DNA of 62,522 nucleotides, filler included, from a bacterium (GTDB lineage: Bacteria > JALSQH01), in NCBI GenBank assembly GCA_027004335.1. It is 8 parts of 8 records of this genome, joined end to end, with 100 filler letters (N's around TTAATTAATTAA, not from the genome) between each part and the next. Parts side by side here need not be neighbours in the genome. Positions count along the whole stretch, not along the records: positions 5,486 to 10,854 come from JALTID010000020.1; positions 10,955 to 16,295 come from JALTID010000021.1; positions 16,396 to 31,448 come from JALTID010000022.1; 5 more parts are not named here. One strand, 5' to 3'. How positions within the stretch are numbered: the first letter of the stretch is position 1; the number at the start of each line of letters is the position of its first letter. Under the pieces are notes generated by a model that was not told where the DNA came from, ran no database searches, and was given only the letters and a program-made list of their open reading frames with translations. Below are positions 9,687 through 18,719 of the stretch, piece by piece. The translations under genes were made by a program, and so were the position numbers.

Positions 9687-9752
9687 ATGCGTGATGGTGA
9701 AGCTGACAAGCGTATTTGTGTTGATGGGCTTCTTTACCTTGATAACTGGTGA
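9687..9752 (+). CDS. Putative leader peptide MRDGEADKRICVDGLLYLDNW (21 aa)
   Basis: SD AGGAGGT at 9670-9676; ORF lies between the promoter and speD; alternative in-frame ATG at 9678. Confidence 0.55.
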   Translation: MRDGEADKRICVDGLLYLDNW

Positions 9753-9778
9753 AAACCTTAATAAGGAGGTAGGATGAA

Positions 9779-10192
9779 GTGAAAAAGGTACTTGGAACTC
9801 AATTAATTGTGGAACTTTATGGTTGCGATCCTGAAACCCTTACCAATCGCGATTATGTTGAAAAAACTCTTCAGGAGGCCACAGTTAAATCGCACGCACA
9901 TTCAATTGGTTCTTTCTTTCATCAATTTCAACCACATGGTGTTTCCGGTGTAATAATCATTGAAGAATCACATTATACAATTCACACCTGGCCAGAGCAT
10001 GGTTATGCGGCGGTAGATCTTTTCTACTGCAGCAACGAGGTAGATGTCGAAAAGGCTCTGGATGTACTGGAAGAATATTTCAAACCTGAGAAAATAACAC
10101 TTTTTGAGCTAAAACGGGGTGTAATACCTGAAAAGAAGAAGTATGAAATTCCAGCCAGAGTAGAAAACAAAAGCCAGGTGGCATTGGCCTAA
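9779..10192 (+). CDS. speD: S-adenosylmethionine decarboxylase proenzyme
   Basis: FQPHGVSG..IEESHYTIHTWPE (E/SH autocleavage site); GTG start. Confidence 0.96.
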   Translation: MKKVLGTQLIVELYGCDPETLTNRDYVEKTLQEATVKSHAHSIGSFFHQFQPHGVSGVIIIEESHYTIHTWPEHGYAAVDLFYCSNEVDVEKALDVLEEYFKPEKITLFELKRGVIPEKKKYEIPARVENKSQVALA

Positions 10193-10213
10193 AATTTTAT
10201 TTCTGGAGTTTTT

Positions 10214-10854
10214 ATGAATGAACGATGTCCCCCCCTGTGGTATGTAGAAACGGTTGGGGACAGTTTGTATTACTATTACAGAGTAGAAAGTTTTATTTAT
10301 CAAGGAGAGTCTAAGTTTCAGAAAATAGATGTTGTGGACACATGCGAATTGGGAAGAGTTCTCTTCCTGGATGAGAAAATACAATCTGCGGAAATTGATG
10401 AGTTTATATACCATGAAATGCTGGTTCATCCCGCAATGTTTCTTCATCCTGCCCCTGAAAAAGTTTTGGTGATTGGTGGGGGAGAAGGTGCAACTCTCAG
10501 GGAAGTGCTGCTTCATCCATCTGTAAAGAAAGCAATCATGGTTGATATAGATAAAGAACTTGTGGACACATGTAAAAAGTATCTTGAAAAGTGGCATAAA
10601 GGTGCCTTTGACAACCCACGAAGTGAGGTAATTTTTGATGATGCAAGAAAATTTATTTTTGAAGAGGACGAAAAATTTGATGTGATCATTTCAGATCTTA
10701 CTGAACCACTGGAGGAAGGTCCATCTGTTTACCTTTTTACAAAAGAGTTTTATCAGAAGGTGTACCAGCAGCTGAGTGATGAAGGGGTGTTTGTTACCCA
10801 GGCTGGAAGTGCTGACATCTATTATTATAATTTACCTGTTACTCTTTACAGGAC
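10214..10854 (+). CDS. speE: Polyamine aminopropyltransferase / spermidine synthase (3' partial)
   Basis: DEFIYHEMLVH, VLVIGGGEG, FDVIISDLTEP. Confidence 0.95.
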
Positions 10855-10954
10855 NNNNNNNNNNNNNNNNNNNNNNNNNNNNNNNNNNNNNNNNNNNNTT
10901 AATTAATTAANNNNNNNNNNNNNNNNNNNNNNNNNNNNNNNNNNNNNNNNNNNN
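10855..10954. other. Artificial contig linker
   Basis: N/TTAATTAATTAA/N spacer. Confidence 0.99.
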
Positions 10955-11041
10955 ACCTAAGGCATTTACTTCAAAAATATCCCGGGAGTCCACTTTAGGG
11001 GGAATATAAGGTTTTTTCCCTTTTCTTTCGTCTTTTTTCAT
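10955..11041 (-). CDS. Putative RiPP precursor, leader portion (3' truncated)
   Basis: MKKDERKGKKPYIPPKVDSRDIFEVNALG...; YxxP motif; promoter directly upstream. Confidence 0.55.
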
Positions 11042-11048
11042 TATAAAT

Positions 11049-11077
11049 ATTATATATACAATTTATGTTTCTTGCAA
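11049..11077 (-). promoter_or_regulatory. Leaderless-type promoter
   Basis: TTGCAA-N17-TATAAT, 7 nt before ATG 11041, no SD. Confidence 0.6.
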
Positions 11078-11218
11078 TTATTTTATGGGTGTAGGTTTTT
11101 CTTTTATCCGCATCCTTGGGTTTATGTAACCGACAGTTTTCTTTACTGCCTTTTTGACCTTCATAATTCTTCGTAAGACCCCCATTTTTTTTACATCTAC
11201 GGTTACATCACCTTTCAT
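11078..11218 (-). CDS. Small basic ORF (46 aa), possibly a truncated TusA-like protein
   Basis: SD AAGGAGGT; MKGDVTVDVKKMGVLRRIMKVKKAVKK... Confidence 0.45.
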   Translation of the reverse strand: MKGDVTVDVKKMGVLRRIMKVKKAVKKTVGYINPRMRIKEKPTPIK

Positions 11219-11249
11219 TTTGTCACCTCCTTGTTCGCCATTTTTTATT

Positions 11250-12197
11250 TTATACTTCTTCTTCAATTATTTTTCTTACCCATATTTTCTCAGCAAGACC
11301 CTTTCCCAAAATGATTTCTTTCCCGTTTACTTTCATTACGACGAAATGTCCTGTATTTTCACCTTCGTGACTTTTTATTTCTTCAACTGAAAGAATTTCT
11401 ATTTTTTTGTTTATTATTTCTTCTTCTCCTAATTTTTCGAGAAATTCTTTACCTCCAATTATTTTTTTTATTGTTCCCATATTCTCGAGAAAGTTTGACT
11501 GGACAATTCCCTTCCCGGTTTCCACCAGAATCTTTGCAGCTTCACCATCTCCAAGAACATATTTGCTTCCATTAATTTTGAATGAGTATGTCTTTTCTAC
11601 ATCATGTCCCTCGATATTAACTTCAACTCCTTCTTCAAGGCCAATTTGTGAAAGAGCTGCGATCATTTCTTCGTTGAGTTTAATACTGTTTATAGTGCCT
11701 CTTTCACCTTTTTCCATCTCCAGGAGTTTTCTGTCTCCCACTATTACTTTTTCTGCGATTCCCCTGGGGATCAATAGTTTTTCCCCCTTTATTTTTACCA
11801 ATAGTGGTCCACTGTGTATATGACTAACTTTTTTTTCTGCTACCTCTGCTACTGTTCCTACAACTATCCCTTGATTATCAAGTTCTTTTGTAACCTGTGC
11901 TCCTCCATCAATCCTTGCTATCCTTATTAATGTGCCTTTTTCAACATCAGTGAGGGGGAAAAGCTCTATCCTTCTAAAGTATCCATGATAAAAACCATCA
12001 TCTTTTTTTATCACTTCGATGAGTTCTATCGTGCCTATCATCTGGGCCATTTTGCCAGCAACTTTTGGCATCCTTTCATCATCTGTAATTACTTCGATTA
12101 CCTCTCCTAATTTTAGCTCCTTGCTTTCCTCTTTTACTATCTGTTGTCTTTCCTTGACGCTTTTCCCTATTACATTGATTTTATTCTTTACTTCCAT
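11250..12197 (-). CDS. TusA/SirA-like domain + three FeoA (SH3-like) domains
   Basis: Start reassigned to ATG 12197 (SD GGAGG, promoter upstream). LKLGEVIEVITDD is TusA-like. Three units end IPRGIAEKVIV, LGDGEAAKILV and LGKGLAEKIWV. Confidence 0.75.
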   Translation of the reverse strand: MEVKNKINVIGKSVKERQQIVKEESKELKLGEVIEVITDDERMPKVAGKMAQMIGTIELIEVIKKDDGFYHGYFRRIELFPLTDVEKGTLIRIARIDGGAQVTKELDNQGIVVGTVAEVAEKKVSHIHSGPLLVKIKGEKLLIPRGIAEKVIVGDRKLLEMEKGERGTINSIKLNEEMIAALSQIGLEEGVEVNIEGHDVEKTYSFKINGSKYVLGDGEAAKILVETGKGIVQSNFLENMGTIKKIIGGKEFLEKLGEEEIINKKIEILSVEEIKSHEGENTGHFVVMKVNGKEIILGKGLAEKIWVRKIIEEEV

Positions 12198-12228
12198 GCC
12201 ATTACCTCCAAAAATTATTTTTGGTATT

Positions 12229-12257
12229 ATTATACTCACCTAATAAAGTTTTGTCAA
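12229..12257 (-). promoter_or_regulatory. Consensus sigma70 promoter
   Basis: Perfect TTGACA-N17-TATAAT. Confidence 0.85.
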
Positions 12258-12265
12258 CCTAACAT

Positions 12266-12340
12266 CTTTTCCTGGTTAAGACATATCCCCCACCCTAATT
12301 TAAAGAAGGCGTTAGAAAAGGAGATTCCCTTAAGCTGGAA
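12266..12340 (+). repeat. Dispersed repeat, copy B
   Basis: Aligns with copies A and C without gaps. Confidence 0.85.
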
Positions 12341-12567
12341 AAATAAGAAGAGTTATCCTATTATTTCTTCTAACGAATTTGAGACTTTCCATCTGACCCA
12401 TCTCATTTGTTAAAATATAACCGCAACCAGGATTTAAAAGATATTATTGTGAGGTACTATCTTATCATATTGTTATGGTGTTACAATTTACCCTTTTATC
12501 TCCTCACTAAATTTCTTTAACTCCTCTCAGGTGATTTTACCGCAAAGAAAATCATTTAATTTACACC

Positions 12568-12876
12568 TCAATTTATATTTAATAAGTAATCCAGATAAAA
12601 TATTTGATTCAGAAAAGCAGGAATTATGAACCATGTTGCATATCCTGACGAAATAAGATTACCGGCCCTGTCCCAGAACTATCTGATTCCAAGTTGAGTT
12701 TTTCCGTCCCAACCCAGAGCAACAATTACCCATCGTTCACCAATATTCTTAAGAACCACAGCATATGGGCCAGAAAGTCTGTTTCTGGGAGAATTGATTT
12801 TCAGGATATCTTCATTTTTATCCAGTGGGAATGTTTCACCTGTGCTTTTCATATGGTACCTAAGATGGTAAAACAA
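12568..12876 (-). pseudogene. Hypothetical protein with an internal TAG
   Basis: ...WDGKTQLGIR(TAG)FWDRAGNLISSGYATWFIIP...; frame stays open and protein-like after the stop. Confidence 0.5.
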
Positions 12877-13001
12877 AAGTAATTTTGAGGAAGAGGGCCT
12901 GCATGGTGATAGTATTGGCTTTTAATATTGTAATTACCATGCTGTCTGGTTTTTCCTGTTGAGATTTACAGAAACCTTACCATTCTGGTATAATATATCA
13001 A

Positions 13002-13460
13002 ATGGAAGTTGCCTCTTTCAGTGTTGGTGCTGTAACAATCTGGGTTAGAGTGGTAGAAGGGATGGTTGAGAGAATATCTTTTTGGGAACTTCAGGGGGCA
13101 CCGCCGGTGAGTGATATATGGAAGAAGGTGGAGGATTTTTTTGAACATTTCATCAGGCATAGAAGTTTTCATGGAATTCCCTTTCTCCTTTTTTCTCCGC
13201 TTCAGGAAAGATTGAAATTTTATCTAATGTTACAGGAGATTCCTCCAGGAGAAACTGAGACTTACGCCTCTGTGGCAGAAAAATTCTGGGGTAGTAGAAA
13301 ATACGCCAGAGTTGCTGGAAGATGGCTTGCCAGTAACAGATGGCCCATTCTCTTTCCGTGCCATAGAGTAATAAAAAGTGATGGTTCTCCCGGTGGATTT
13401 ACGGGAGGAATTGAGATAAAGAGATTGCTTTTAAGCTGGGAAAAGGGAGGTGAAAAATGA
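13002..13460 (+). CDS. ogt: Methylated-DNA-protein-cysteine methyltransferase
   Basis: IPPGETETY and active-site PCHRV. Confidence 0.92.
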   Translation: MEVASFSVGAVTIWVRVVEGMVERISFWELQGAPPVSDIWKKVEDFFEHFIRHRSFHGIPFLLFSPLQERLKFYLMLQEIPPGETETYASVAEKFWGSRKYARVAGRWLASNRWPILFPCHRVIKSDGSPGGFTGGIEIKRLLLSWEKGGEK

Positions 13461-14305
13461 AAAAATTTGTTGGTGCACATGTTAAAACAGCGGGTGGGGT
13501 TCAAAATGCACCCCTTAATGCAGTCGAAATTGGGGCAAAAGCTTTTGCCCTTTTTCTGAAAAATCAGAGGAGATGGTTTGCTAAGCCTTATGATAATAAA
13601 GCCATCGGAGAGTTTAAAAAGAATTTGAAAGAATCAGGAATTCTGGTAAAGCATGTTCTTCCCCATGATAGTTATCTTATAAACTTAGGTAACCCTGATA
13701 AAGAGAAGTGGGAAAAGGCTCTTAACGCTTTTATTGATGAGGTTACCAGGGCATCTCAGTTGGGACTGGACAAGCTCAATTTCCACCCCGGTGCACATCT
13801 GAATCAAATATCAGAGGAAGATTGTTTAAAGATAATAGCAGAGGCAATGAATATAACTCTTGAGCAGACGGAAGGTGTTACTCTGGTAATAGAGACAACT
13901 GCGGGGCAGGGTTCCAATGTGGGATATAAATTTGAGCATTTGAGGACTTTAATTGATTTAGTTGAGGATAAGTCCAGGGTTGGTGTTTGTATTGATACTT
14001 GCCATATTTTTGCGGGAGGTTATGATCTGAGAGATGAAAAAGCATATGAGAAAACAATGAAGGAATTTAATGATGTAATAGGGTTTAATTTTCTTAGAGG
14101 AGTGCATCTGAATGATGCTGCCAGTGAATTAGGAAGTAGAGTGGATAGACATGCACATATTGGTGAGGGTAATATTGGTATTGAAGCTTTCCGTATGATA
14201 ATGAATGATAGCAGATTTGATGATATTCCTTTAATTCTTGAAACACCTAAAGAGGAAAGATGGCCCGAGGAGATAAAACTTCTCTACTCTCTTATTGAAA
14301 AATGA
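13457..14305 (+). CDS. nfo: Endonuclease IV
   Basis: [35 protein letters not shown]. Confidence 0.97.
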   Translation: MKKFVGAHVKTAGGVQNAPLNAVEIGAKAFALFLKNQRRWFAKPYDNKAIGEFKKNLKESGILVKHVLPHDSYLINLGNPDKEKWEKALNAFIDEVTRASQLGLDKLNFHPGAHLNQISEEDCLKIIAEAMNITLEQTEGVTLVIETTAGQGSNVGYKFEHLRTLIDLVEDKSRVGVCIDTCHIFAGGYDLRDEKAYEKTMKEFNDVIGFNFLRGVHLNDAASELGSRVDRHAHIGEGNIGIEAFRMIMNDSRFDDIPLILETPKEERWPEEIKLLYSLIEK

Positions 14306-14652
14306 TGAGGCTCTTTTTTAGCACCATTCCCAGACAGCATGGTACATGGTTCATATTTCTCACTGCGTATATAATGGGTCATTTTGTTTATTCTCTTCCT
14401 TTAAATAGTTCCACTATCCTGTTTATCAGCATACTTTTTGCCATTTTTGCTTTTAATACTTCTGTGATAATAATAAAAGGGTACAGGATTGGAAAAAGGA
14501 CTCTAAAATTTTTGCCCACATATCTGAGAGCACTTTATATTGTTTTCAAACGTTATGAGGCACCTCCCGCTGTGGTGAAAATTGGCTGGAGTGAAGTTGC
14601 CAACAGCTTGATTTTTGTGACTCTGGTAATACTGGTTTTCAGGGTAAGTTAA
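14302..14652 (+). CDS. YwiC-like membrane protein, apparently internally shortened
   Basis: N-terminal PRQHGTW and C-terminal KIGWSE; only 116 aa. Confidence 0.55.
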   Translation: MMRLFFSTIPRQHGTWFIFLTAYIMGHFVYSLPLNSSTILFISILFAIFAFNTSVIIIKGYRIGKRTLKFLPTYLRALYIVFKRYEAPPAVVKIGWSEVANSLIFVTLVILVFRVS

Positions 14653-16295
14653 ATGTGGACGGAGAAGATAGGTGATGTACCCCATAGACCCGGGGTATAT
14701 ATTTTCAAAGATGTCAGGGGAAAGGTTATCTACATAGGGAAAGCCCGGGATCTGAAGAAAAGACTTCTCAGCTACAGTAGAGGTCATGATAACAGGCTGC
14801 TTGTTCCCTTTCTTGTGAGCCAGATAGCAGATTTTGAATACATTTTAACCACCAATGAAACAGAGGCGTTTCTGTTAGAAGATACTCTCATAAAGAAGTA
14901 TAAGCCCCTGTACAATATAAGACTGAGGGATGATAAGACCTATGTGAGCATTGAAGTTTCTGTAGGAGATAAATTCCCCGGAGTGTATGTGATAAGGAGA
15001 AAGCCAAACAAGAAAGGTAGTGTTGTCTTTGGTCCCTACTCATCTGCCTCTTCTGTTAGAGAGACTCTGCGGTATATTCTGAGGGTTTTCCCCCTCCGTA
15101 CCTGTACCGATAATAAAATGAGAGTGCATCGGGATCGTCCCTGTATCTACTACCAGATAAAAAAATGTTCTGCTCCCTGTGTGGGATATGTAGATGAAAA
15201 GAAGTACCGTGAATATGTAGAAGGTTTAATTAGATTTTTAAAGGGTGAGGGAGAGGAAATTGTAAATGATCTAAAAAATAAGATAGAGAAACTTGCTGAG
15301 GATCTTAAATTTGAAGAGGCAGCTGAATACAGGGATAGACTCAGGGCTCTGGAAAGAGTTCTTACAAGACAGGCAGTAGTTATGAATAGAAAAGTTAATG
15401 CTGATTATCTGGGGTGGGCTGCAGGAGGAGGGCACCTCGTGATAACAAGAATTATTGTAAGGGGAGGCAGACTTATAGATAAGGAGAATTTTACCCATTC
15501 TCCAGTGATTAATCCAGAGGAGGAAATAGGAAGTTATATATATCAGCTCTACAGAGTGGTTTCCAATCCTCCCCAATTTGTTTATGTTTCTCCTTTTGAG
15601 GGGAAGGATGTTTTAAAAGAACTCCTCTATCATTTAGATGTTAAGATTGGCTTGAAATCAGGTGCGAGAGAAATGGTAAATCGTGAACTTCTTGGACTTG
15701 CAGCTAAAAATGCTGAAGATTACCTGAAGAATGTTGCTGAAAAAGAAGGGATTTTAAGACTCCTTGAGAAGATAAAGAAAAAGTTTCAGCTCAGGAAGCT
15801 TCCCCGAAGGATCGAATGTGTTGATATATCTGAACTGGGAGGCAAAGAAGCTGTTGGAAGTATGGTAACATTTATTGATGGTGAACCTGTAAAAGATGAA
15901 TACAGAAAATACAGGATAAAAGAGGTAGAGGGGATAGATGATTTCGGGATGATCAGGGAGGTGGTAACAAGAAGGTTGCGGGAAGACAGAGAATTACCAG
16001 ACCTGATATTGATAGATGGGGGAAAGGGTCAGCTATCTGTGGCCAGGAAAGTTGTTGAAGATCTTGGACTGGAAGATGAGATAGAGCTCCTTGCAATAGC
16101 AAAAGATAGGAGAAGTGGTAGAGGAGAGAGGATTTTTAAGCCTAACAGAGTTAATCCTGTAAGACTGAAAGAGGGAACCCCTGAGTATAAGCTTTTCGTT
16201 TCTGTGAGAAATGAGGCACACAGGTTTGCAGTAAAGTATAACAGGCTTTTAAGAAAGGAAACATTAAAATCTGGTTTACTTTCAATTCCTGGAAT
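14653..16295 (+). CDS. uvrC: Excinuclease ABC subunit C (3' partial)
   Basis: GIY-YIG PGVY..IYIGKA, Cys cluster, UVR domain, PDLILIDGGKGQ, RNEAHRFA. Confidence 0.97.
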
Positions 16296-16395
16296 NNNNN
16301 NNNNNNNNNNNNNNNNNNNNNNNNNNNNNNNNNNNNNNNTTAATTAATTAANNNNNNNNNNNNNNNNNNNNNNNNNNNNNNNNNNNNNNNNNNNN
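16296..16395. other. Artificial contig linker
   Basis: N/TTAATTAATTAA/N spacer. Confidence 0.99.
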
Positions 16396-16767
16396 AATGG
16401 GTTAATGGCAAGGAAAAAAGATGTTACAGTGCCTTCATCAAAACTTAAGAAGGTGATTCTTGAAATATTAAAGAAGGAAGGTTACATAGAAGATTATCAG
16501 GAATTTTCGGTTCCTACCAGAAAGGAAGAGCAAGGAAAGAAACTGAGATTGCAGATATTTTTGAAATATTATAATGAAAAGCCAGTGATCGCCCATATGG
16601 AAAAAGTAAGTAAACCAGGAAGAAGAATTTATGTAAGTGCGAATGAAATCCCAAGAGTCAGAAATGGTCTGGGTATTGCTATACTTTCCACATCTAAAGG
16701 TATATTGACAGATAGCGAAGCTAAAAGAGAAAATGTGGGTGGTGAACTTTTGTGCATAATCTGGTAG
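16396..16767 (+). CDS. rpsH: 30S ribosomal protein S8 (5' partial)
   Basis: SKPGRRIY, GLGIAILSTSKG, GGELLC. Confidence 0.97.
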   Translation, partial: NGLMARKKDVTVPSSKLKKVILEILKKEGYIEDYQEFSVPTRKEEQGKKLRLQIFLKYYNEKPVIAHMEKVSKPGRRIYVSANEIPRVRNGLGIAILSTSKGILTDSEAKRENVGGELLCIIW

Positions 16768-16787
16768 GAGAAACAGGAGAGTAAAAA

Positions 16788-17357
16788 ATGGCAAGATATG
16801 GGAAAATGCCAGTTAATATTCCATCTGGTGTGGATATCAAAATAGAGGATAGGAATATAAAGGTAAAAGGTCCCAAAGGAGAATTGTCCTGGATTCATCC
16901 AGAAGGTGTAAGAGTAATAAGAGAGGATAATCAGATTAAGGTTAAAATAGAAAATCCAAAGAATAAGCAGCAGCTTGCGTTTCAGGGATTAACAAGGAGT
17001 TTGATAAATAACATGGTTACTGGTGTCACTCTGGGGTTTGTGAAGGAACTCTATCTTGTAGGAAAAACTTATAGTGTTCAACTTAGAGGGAATAAGTTGG
17101 TTATGAATCTTGGTTACTCACATCCAGTGGAATTTGCAGCTCCAGCTGGAATAGATTTTGAAGTTGAACCTGCTCCTTTTTCCATTAGTGATCAGAATGT
17201 TACAATTATTAGAGTAAAAGGGATTGATAAACACCTTGTAGGACAGATTAGTGCAGATATTAGAAAGTTGAGAGAACCTGATAATTACAAAGGAAAAGGT
17301 ATAAGATACAAAAATGAAAGATTGATTTTGAAGGAAGGGAAAAAATCTAAGAAATAG
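16788..17357 (+). CDS. rplF: 50S ribosomal protein L6
   Basis: [25 protein letters not shown]. Confidence 0.97.
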   Translation: MARYGKMPVNIPSGVDIKIEDRNIKVKGPKGELSWIHPEGVRVIREDNQIKVKIENPKNKQQLAFQGLTRSLINNMVTGVTLGFVKELYLVGKTYSVQLRGNKLVMNLGYSHPVEFAAPAGIDFEVEPAPFSISDQNVTIIRVKGIDKHLVGQISADIRKLREPDNYKGKGIRYKNERLILKEGKKSKK

Positions 17358-17368
17358 TGGGGGCTGAG

Positions 17369-17737
17369 ATGTTGAGCAAAGAAAGAAAAAAAGATAAAAG
17401 GTTAAAGAGAAGGATAAGGATAAGAAAAAAAATAACAGGTACAGCTGAAAAACCTCGGCTTACTGTTTATAGAAGCTTGAAGTATATTTATGCTCAGATA
17501 ATTGATGATGAGAAAAGCCACACTCTTGTTGCTGCTTCTTCCCTTGAAAAGGAATTAAAAGAGGGTATCAAATCCACAAGAGATATTGGAGCAGCAAAAG
17601 CTGTGGGTGAACTAATTGCAAAAAGAGCTCTTGAGAGAGGAGTTAAAGAGGTAGTATTTGATAGGAATGGCTATAAGTATCATGGCAGGGTGAAAGCCCT
17701 CGCTGATGCGGCAAGGGAAGCAGGATTAAAGTTTTAG
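17369..17737 (+). CDS. rplR: 50S ribosomal protein L18
   Basis: [32 protein letters not shown]; start 17369 or 17357. Confidence 0.97.
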   Translation: MLSKERKKDKRLKRRIRIRKKITGTAEKPRLTVYRSLKYIYAQIIDDEKSHTLVAASSLEKELKEGIKSTRDIGAAKAVGELIAKRALERGVKEVVFDRNGYKYHGRVKALADAAREAGLKF

Positions 17738-17751
17738 AGGAGGTACCGAAA

Positions 17752-18255
17752 TTGGTATTTAATAGTTTGAGGGATGAAGGATGGATAGAGAAGACTATTC
17801 AGATAAGAAGAGTTGCAAAAGTTGTCGCAGGAGGCAGAAGGTTTAATTTCAGTGTCCTTGTAGTTGTGGGTGACGGAAATGGTCGTGTGGGAGTAGGTCT
17901 GGGGAAAGCGAGGCAGGTTCCTGATGCTGTAAGAAAAGCTGTGGAAGATGCTAAAAAGAATATTCTCTCTATCCCAATTTTTAATAACACAATTCCCCAT
18001 GAAGTTATTGGCTATTTTGGGGCAAGCAAGGTTTTGTTAAAACCAGCCAGTCCAGGTACAGGAGTTATTGCTGGGAGCACTGTTCGGGCTGTGATGGAAG
18101 CCGCTGGTATAAAAAATATTCTTACCAAAAGTCTTGGATCTAATAACCCTCAAAATCTTGTGAAGGCAGTAATTGATGGTTTTCTTCAACTTGAATCGCC
18201 TGAGTATGTGGCAGCTAAGAGAGGTAAGAGTATAGAGGAAATCCGTGGTGAATAG
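17752..18255 (+). CDS. rpsE: 30S ribosomal protein S5
   Basis: [23 protein letters not shown]. Confidence 0.97.
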   Translation: MVFNSLRDEGWIEKTIQIRRVAKVVAGGRRFNFSVLVVVGDGNGRVGVGLGKARQVPDAVRKAVEDAKKNILSIPIFNNTIPHEVIGYFGASKVLLKPASPGTGVIAGSTVRAVMEAAGIKNILTKSLGSNNPQNLVKAVIDGFLQLESPEYVAAKRGKSIEEIRGE

Positions 18256-18266
18256 GAGGAGCTTCC

Positions 18267-18719
18267 ATGGAATTATTTGAACTTAAACCGTTCCCGGGTT
18301 CTCGTCATAAAAGAAAAAGAGTGGGGAGAGGTGAGTCTTCTGGATGGGGGAAAACTGCTGGAAGAGGACATAAAGGTGAGAATGCCAGGTCTGGAGGGGG
18401 TGTTCCGACAGATTTTGAGGGTGGTCAGATGCCCTTAAAAAGGAGATTACCCAAGTTTGGTTTTACCAACGTACTTTTTAAAAAAGAGTACGCAGAAGTT
18501 AATGTTGAAAAATTAAATAAGTTTGAAGATGGGACAGTGGTAGATCCTGAATTGCTTTTGAAGAGTGGAATCGTAAAAAAGACCAGAGATGGTGTTAAGA
18601 TATTGGGCAAAGGAGAATTAGAAAAGAAATTGATAGTTAAAGCACATAAATTCAGTTCTTCTGCAAGAGAGAAGATCCTTGCAGCAGGGGGAGAGGTAGA
18701 GGAGATACGAGGAAAATAA
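18267..18719 (+). CDS. rplO: 50S ribosomal protein L15
   Basis: [34 protein letters not shown]. Confidence 0.97.
   Translation: MELFELKPFPGSRHKRKRVGRGESSGWGKTAGRGHKGENARSGGGVPTDFEGGQMPLKRRLPKFGFTNVLFKKEYAEVNVEKLNKFEDGTVVDPELLLKSGIVKKTRDGVKILGKGELEKKLIVKAHKFSSSAREKILAAGGEVEEIRGK

Noticed and set aside
12257-12317. Integron attC site (CTAAC...GTTAG imperfect hairpin in repeat copy B)
   Set aside because: Spacing between the L' and R' boxes is non-canonical, copies A and C lack the core sites, and there is no integrase in the window.
12679-12681. Pyrrolysine or stop-codon readthrough at the in-frame TAG
   Set aside because: TAG ends many normal genes here; a TGG-to-TAG mutation is simpler.
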